Origin: Thermodesulfobacteriota bacterium
Lineage (GTDB): Bacteria; Desulfobacterota; Desulfobacteria; Desulfobacterales; C00003060
Reading direction: 5' to 3'
Assembly: GCA_034189385.1 (NCBI GenBank)
Contig: JAXHVD010000004.1
Location: forward strand, 64,001-128,000
Length of the DNA: 64,000 nt
Position 1 is the first letter of the stretch. The number at the start of each line of letters is the position of its first letter. Below are positions 58,832 through 64,000 of the stretch, one piece after another. Both the position numbers and the translations under genes were made by a program. The notes beneath the pieces are model-generated. The model was not told where the DNA came from and made no database searches. It saw only the letters and a list, made by a program, of their open reading frames with translations.

Positions 58832-60558
58832 TTGTACCCAAGATAGACAGACCAACCACACAAAGACTCCTGAAGATCCTGCGGGCTTTTATCACAAATG
58901 AGCAGGAGCAGAGCATGTGGCCCGTTTTGGATTTGACAGTGGACATGCTTCTTGATGACCCAGAGTTTCACTATTACTACACTGACACGTTTGAGTTTTA
59001 TTTGGAAAATGGCATTCACAACCGGATGGCACTCCATGCTTTCATTCGCCTTTTCTGTGGGTTCGACATTACAAGGCGGGGGGGCGTCGGAAAAGAGCCG
59101 TTTTGCAGTCCCTTTGATTTTGTGGCTGTCTTATTCTTTCAGGAGTGCCGGGATGCGCTGGCCATGGGATCACGAGCCAGCGGCAAGACTCTTGCTCTGG
59201 CCGTTTTGATTTACTTGTGGGCACTTTTCTACCCCGAGTGCGAAACGACAACCTGCGCTGCGACTAAGGATCAGTCATCGCGGGCTTTTTTGTATTTGCG
59301 AAAACTATGTACGAGCAGCAATGCAAGCAACAAACTTCTTAGTTCAAAGCCGACCGCTAAAGCTATCAAATGGGGAAACGGCTCTAGCGTGGAAATGACT
59401 ACTTCAAGTTTGGAGGGAGCGAATGCGCTTCATCCCAGCAAACTCCTTGCCGACGAATCGGAACTTTTGGACTGGAGGGTGGTAGAGGAAATGCTCTCGT
59501 GTGCTATATCACAAGGGGACATACAGGCGAGCACGGTCTTTCTGTCAAGTAGGAAGTTTCTGGACGGACCATTTCAAAGGCTGCTTGAGATGGCAAAAGA
59601 AAATCCCAAGACATACAAAATCTTCAATTGGAGTGCGTGGCAGGCCGTTGAAAGGTGTATGCGGAAATGTGACGACAAGGTTCATGGCAGGTGCGAACTG
59701 CAAGAGCTATGCAAGGGGCGGCTCCGAAAGAGTGACGGCCACTTGGACCTAGAAGACTTCAAGGCGAAGGTACGCCTTCTTTCCGATGAAGTTCTAAAAA
59801 GTCAATGGTTGAATCTCAAGCCGGTTATCACTTCGACGGTGTTCAATAACTATTATGAACCGGAAGTCAGTCTGATTTCACAGCCCGAAGATTTTCATTA
59901 TGATTTCACAGTCTGCGGTATTGACTGGGGGTCAACCAAGGCCAGCAATCTTGTTTTTCAACGATGGCTCGTGGATGTGAGCGACCTTCGTGACGATGCC
60001 ACGGGCCATGTGGATGTTGATAGTTATAAGAAGCCGACACTGTATCTTGCCTATGAATACCGGTCCGCCACTTCGGACATGGCTAGGCTGGCCAGGGCTA
60101 TACTTGAAAGCCCCTATAGAGAGGACTATGAATTGATCTTTGTGGACCCTTCTGGCAAGAGCCTGCGAAATGAACTGGCGCGTTTTGGGATAGAAACAGA
60201 GACGCCACTGGTCACGGGAGTGCAAGAAGGAATTGAGGTTCTGAAGGGGTATCTGAAACCCTATTGGTCAGGCAGGAAGCGCAAGTCGTGCCTATACATT
60301 TTAGACGGTTATTATCACGGTGAGCCAGACCTGGAGCCCACGCACAAAGAGCTTCAACTGATGCGTCACGTCACAAAGCCAGACGGCACCTTGTCACAGA
60401 ATATAGTGAAGGCGCATGACCACGGTGTTGACGCGGCACGATACGCCATAACTGCCGTGCGAAGCGTCATTGAGAGCCTTTATGCCCAGGACTTTGACGA
60501 GGATTTGGGACAGCTTGAACAGTTTGCCGAGACTTTTGGGATTGAAATCTTGGCCTAG
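58828..60558 (+). CDS. terL: Phage terminase large subunit
   Basis: Walker A GSRASGKT, AATKDQS, Walker B LLADESE; RNase H-like nuclease GIDWG, FVDPS, DHGVDAARY. Confidence 0.85.
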   Translation: MIVPKIDRPTTQRLLKILRAFITNEQEQSMWPVLDLTVDMLLDDPEFHYYYTDTFEFYLENGIHNRMALHAFIRLFCGFDITRRGGVGKEPFCSPFDFVAVLFFQECRDALAMGSRASGKTLALAVLIYLWALFYPECETTTCAATKDQSSRAFLYLRKLCTSSNASNKLLSSKPTAKAIKWGNGSSVEMTTSSLEGANALHPSKLLADESELLDWRVVEEMLSCAISQGDIQASTVFLSSRKFLDGPFQRLLEMAKENPKTYKIFNWSAWQAVERCMRKCDDKVHGRCELQELCKGRLRKSDGHLDLEDFKAKVRLLSDEVLKSQWLNLKPVITSTVFNNYYEPEVSLISQPEDFHYDFTVCGIDWGSTKASNLVFQRWLVDVSDLRDDATGHVDVDSYKKPTLYLAYEYRSATSDMARLARAILESPYREDYELIFVDPSGKSLRNELARFGIETETPLVTGVQEGIEVLKGYLKPYWSGRKRKSCLYILDGYYHGEPDLEPTHKELQLMRHVTKPDGTLSQNIVKAHDHGVDAARYAITAVRSVIESLYAQDFDEDLGQLEQFAETFGIEILA

Positions 60559-60570
60559 GAAATAGAATCA

Positions 60571-61341
60571 ATGGCAGATTATGACGAGAGAAAATTTGAA
60601 GAGGTTCTGAGCCTAGTAGGCAAAGGCAACACCCTGGACACGGCATGTTACAGCTCTGGAATCGAACCGAGGCGAGTGAGAAGTTGGATCAAAGCCAACA
60701 GAGGAACCTGCGGGTTGAAATATAAGCAAGCCAAGGCACGATTCATAACGGAGCTAAGAAGTCAGATGTTGGCAGCGCCGCCCGGAGACAAAAGAAACGC
60801 GCTTGCCAGGGAATTGGCTGCACATGATCCCAGCTTTGCGAGGAGCGTGGCACAACAGCACAAGCGGTTGATCGAGCAGGAAGACAAGGAAAGGGACAAG
60901 GCACTTGAGCAAACACTTGGCAGGGTTGATTATGGCTTCGCGGGATGGAAGCTGAAGAAGCGGGACGGTGTAAGGAAGCTAAAGGCGGGCAATCTTGACG
61001 AGAAGGCACTTAAAACAATCTGGTCTTGGAGTCTGGCCGGAGAAGACAAGAAGGACATCAAAGAGAGATACGACTTCGAGCAGAGGATTCTTGGAAATGC
61101 TACCAAGCAGAGCATGAAACAAGTAGCAGAAAAAATAAAGGCGCTGATGGTGGGAAGGAACAAGATGAGCAAGGACGAGGAGCGACTTCTCACTGAAAAG
61201 ATAGTCACAGCAAAAAAGACCAAGAGTCCTTATAAACTGAAGGATTCAAATGGAGGGGTGATAGAGCTTCCAGCGATTGAGCTAGAGTGGAAACAGGAAA
61301 AGAAAAAGACAGTCAGGAGAAAGAAGAAAACAAGAAGATAA
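60571..61341 (+). CDS. TerS-like N-terminal HTH protein with basic tail
   Basis: FEEVLSLVGKGNTLDTACYSSGIEPRRVRSW resembles small-terminase HTH; adjacent to terL. Confidence 0.5.
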   Translation: MADYDERKFEEVLSLVGKGNTLDTACYSSGIEPRRVRSWIKANRGTCGLKYKQAKARFITELRSQMLAAPPGDKRNALARELAAHDPSFARSVAQQHKRLIEQEDKERDKALEQTLGRVDYGFAGWKLKKRDGVRKLKAGNLDEKALKTIWSWSLAGEDKKDIKERYDFEQRILGNATKQSMKQVAEKIKALMVGRNKMSKDEERLLTEKIVTAKKTKSPYKLKDSNGGVIELPAIELEWKQEKKKTVRRKKKTRR

Positions 61342-61416
61342 AGAGAGAATAGCGTGATTCGAAACGCTGGCAGGGATGTGCCTCCTTTTTCGGAAGTGGC
61401 CTCCTTTTTGGGTTGG

Positions 61417-61482
61417 CTAAACAATTCTCAATAGGATTACAAATCCAATAAGAACGTTTAATGCAATTATGTAATTAAACAT
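61417..61482 (-). CDS. 21-aa hydrophobic peptide, candidate type I toxin
   Basis: MFNYIIALNVLIGFVILLRIV; RBS AAAGAGGTG; promoter TTGACA-17-TATCTT at 61525-61553; 13-bp 5'/3' complementarity of the transcript. Confidence 0.7.
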   Translation of the reverse strand: MFNYIIALNVLIGFVILLRIV

Positions 61483-61951
61483 AAGCATCACCTCTTTGAA
61501 AAGGATTTCCCTGCCAGCGTGCATAAGATACCAAAGGTAGGAAGTTTTGTCAAGGAGGGGGAAGAATAAGAAAGGATGATATAGTGATTGAAGATGGGGG
61601 GTATATGATAGTGGTCAAGAAGCAGGCACTAGAAAAATGCCTATATACCACACAAATAGAAAGCTTTTCTGAGTGCTCTATTTGCTACATAGGGACTGAG
61701 AGGGAAACCACATAAGAACATGGAAGCAGAGACAGGTTATAAGCACTTAAAATATATTAGAAAACAGGAGGAACAGCTTTCAAGTCTACATATTGGGGTG
61801 TGGCTACTCAGCAAGTCCACGCCCAGCTTGTATTTGAGAGCGACACCATCGGCAAACATAAGCTACAAAAGGCTTTACAAATGACATCGGAACATATTAA
61901 AATATGGCTGTTTCAGAGCCTAAAACACGCAACAGGAAAGGGGCAAATCGG

Positions 61952-62638
61952 ATGAAAACAGCCGTCGGTTATGTCAGGGTTTCAACCATCGAACAGGCCC
62001 AACAGGGTGTTAGCCTAAAGAACCAGCAGGCGAAGATCAAGGCATGGGCGAAGCTCAACGGATATGCTTTGAAAGACGTATATCGTGACGAGGGAATCAG
62101 CGGAAAAGCTATGGACAACCGGGACGGACTACAGAGTGCGCTCAAGAGTGTGGGCAAAGGCGATGCGCTGGTTGTTTACAGCCTGTCGAGGATGGCCCGG
62201 TCAACCAGGGATGCCCTGGCTATCGCGGAGGCGCTACAACACAAGGGCGCAGATCTGGTGAGCGTCACTGAGCACATAGATACGACAACTGCGGCGGGGA
62301 AAATGGTGTTCCGAATGCTGGCCGTGCTCAATGAGTTCGAAAGGGACCAGGTGTCTGAGCGCGTCACACAGGCGCTGGCCTACAAGCGCGGCAAGAATGA
62401 ATGGGTGGGCCGTGTACCGTACGGTTTCAGGGTACATGCTGGAAAGCTGGTGGAGGACACAGAACAGATTGAAAGCATCAAGAAGATGAAACGGCTTCGG
62501 AAAAGGGGCAAGACTCTGCGCGACATTTCAAAGACGTTTGGGGTATCACCCGCGTATGTTTTAAGGGCTGTAAATGTCAACCTGAGGACGCTGAAAGCTA
62601 AGTATCTCAACGGATCACGGCTTCAGCCTGTTTATTAA
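61952..62638 (+). CDS. Serine recombinase (resolvase/invertase catalytic domain with a short C-terminal region)
   Basis: GYVRVST.EQ, DEGISG, VYSLSRMAR, EFERD, GRVPYGF. Confidence 0.92.
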   Translation: MKTAVGYVRVSTIEQAQQGVSLKNQQAKIKAWAKLNGYALKDVYRDEGISGKAMDNRDGLQSALKSVGKGDALVVYSLSRMARSTRDALAIAEALQHKGADLVSVTEHIDTTTAAGKMVFRMLAVLNEFERDQVSERVTQALAYKRGKNEWVGRVPYGFRVHAGKLVEDTEQIESIKKMKRLRKRGKTLRDISKTFGVSPAYVLRAVNVNLRTLKAKYLNGSRLQPVY

Positions 62639-62902
62639 ACAAATGGTTTTTAAACAAAAAGGGTTTGAAATGGACTTAAACAGATTAAATGTGAAACGGT
62701 CACAGTGATATGACAACCGGTCAAACTGCCCCAGGCAACCAGCTCTTCCCACTCCGCAGGGCGAGGGACGGGGGCGCCGTCTTACATCACCACCGAAAAT
62801 CAAACGGGCGATGGACGGGGCACTCCGCAGAAAATTAAATTATATTAGCTGTCCCCGAAGCACAAGGAAAGGAGAAATACTACAAGAGGAGCGTGAAGCA
62901 CA

Positions 62903-63235
62903 ATAGCCAGTAAAGACACGTATTGCATATTCTGCAACAGACCCGAGCCACAGTACACCCCGCCAAACGCAGACACAGAAATCGTCTGTAGCCGGTGCGT
63001 TCAGCGCCTAGTAAACGCCACCCAGGAACAACTCTTGACCCTGTACAAGGTAGCACTGGCACGGGACTAAGCAGGTAGCCGACGAGCTGGCCGGAAGCTG
63101 GCTGCTACCGGAAACGCTAGAACAAATAGAAGAGGAGGAAGGAGACTGTGAGCAAGAAACCGGAGAGACTAGACCAGATCTGGAGCGAGCGAGACCTTTG
63201 CCGTCGTCTAGACCTGCCCGTCACCAAGAACGGTA
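62903..63235 (+). pseudogene. Decayed C4 zinc-finger gene
   Basis: ATA in place of a start after GAGGAG; YCIFC...VCSRCVQ; apparent frameshift near 63066. Confidence 0.5.
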
Positions 63236-63363
63236 AAAGCGCGAGGCTGGGGTATTGGATCAGGGGCGGCCTGAACTACGTCGAGAAGTCAGGCAAGCGG
63301 TATTTCTTTGAATCTGATGTCATTGACTACCTGTGGAGCCGATATGAGAACCGAGACGAATAA
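63148..63363 (+). CDS. Excisionase/MerR-like HTH protein
   Basis: SERDLCRRL...LGYWIRGGLNYVEKSGKRYFFESDVIDYL. Confidence 0.65.
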   Translation: MSKKPERLDQIWSERDLCRRLDLPVTKNGKSARLGYWIRGGLNYVEKSGKRYFFESDVIDYLWSRYENRDE

Positions 63364-63521
63364 GGGCTGTAAGTTGCAAACCACACACACGGTTGGGGGT
63401 AGGTTTTGACTAGCTTTTATATAACTTTAAGGGGGTATTTTTCCGGGTTAATAGGGTTACATGCCTTTTCCTGAAAACCCCCGTTAAACAGCGGATAAGA
63501 AGCTTTTACGGCGTATTTACA

Positions 63522-63758
63522 ATGACTCAACAACAGACAGACAGGATCATTCTCAACGGCAGAATCACGGAGAACCAGGCCTTCGGCAAGTGGGCAGTGG
63601 AGCTGAACCACCGCTCCGGCTGCACGACCTTGGCGTCGTGTTACGCATCCGGAAGACTGCGGCTTGCGTCAATCCGCATGCTGCCCGGTGATTGGGTGAA
63701 AGTGGAGCTTTCGCCCTATGACCTGAGTCGAGGCCGGATTCTATATCGTTTCAAATAA
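63522..63758 (+). CDS. infA: Divergent translation initiation factor IF-1 homolog
   Basis: [36 protein letters not shown] matches the IF-1 C-terminal signature. Confidence 0.8.
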   Translation: MTQQQTDRIILNGRITENQAFGKWAVELNHRSGCTTLASCYASGRLRLASIRMLPGDWVKVELSPYDLSRGRILYRFK

Positions 63759-63958
63759 CTACTCTACCCAGCGCAGCATTATCGTGGTGGCTTCCTCGCT
63801 GTGTCTGGTCCGGCAGAACCTAAGTCAGCTGTCGGAGGATTCATAAGGAAGCCACTAACACGCACGGTCGCAACCTCCAAAACCGGGGCGGCCCGTGCCA
63901 CCGCAGTTAGAATCGGGCCGCCCCATACTTTTAAACTGACAAAAGGAGTGAAAGAAAA

Positions 63959-64000
63959 ATGACAACAGAATATTGGCAGATACCGGCGGATCAGGATTTC
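63959..64000 (+). CDS. Start of a further element gene (partial)
   Basis: AAGGAGTG RBS, then MTTEYWQIPADQDF to the window end. Confidence 0.5.
   Translation, partial: MTTEYWQIPADQDF

Larger units (their letters stand above)
54128..64000 (+). mobile_element. Integrated prophage- or satellite-like element (right end beyond the window)
   Basis: Sharp composition shift; TerL, XRE HTH, Rep-like, serine recombinase and Xis-like genes; strong AGGAGG RBSs; nearly all genes co-oriented. Confidence 0.85.

Noticed and set aside
61952..62638. Serine recombinase as the element's large serine integrase
   Set aside because: About 228 aa, lacking the zinc-ribbon/coiled-coil region, and internal to the element; the integrase may lie beyond the window.

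Overview
A roughly 55% GC chromosomal region that looks like Desulfobacterota (deltaproteobacterial) DNA. It carries a selenocysteine formate dehydrogenase operon (fdhA with an in-frame TGA, fdhB, fdhE), aspS/hisS, trkAH, a cobalamin riboswitch upstream of a large surface protein with duplicated propeller-like repeats, redox and sulfur genes, era, a DEAD-box helicase and dusB. There are two accessory regions. (1) About 41.6-49.3 kb is a decaying cassette-like island with ORF6N genes, a UDG-superfamily gene, HicAB/BrnTA modules, IS1182 and RAYT remnants, and attC-like and RAYT-end-like repeats. (2) From about 54,130 to the window end, a lower-GC integrated virus- or satellite-like element truncates a response-regulator gene. 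It encodes small acidic early proteins, a Spo11/Top6A-like protein, an XRE regulator, a Rep-like protein with an origin-like palindrome cluster, TerL and a TerS-like protein with no adjacent portal or capsid genes, an unannotated type I toxin-like locus, a serine recombinase, a Xis-like protein and a divergent IF-1, plus several hairpins whose loops pair with ribosome-binding sites. A secreted host protein resembles, from memory, the Methanospirillum sheath-protein family. All calls come from reading the sequence by eye; no searches were run.
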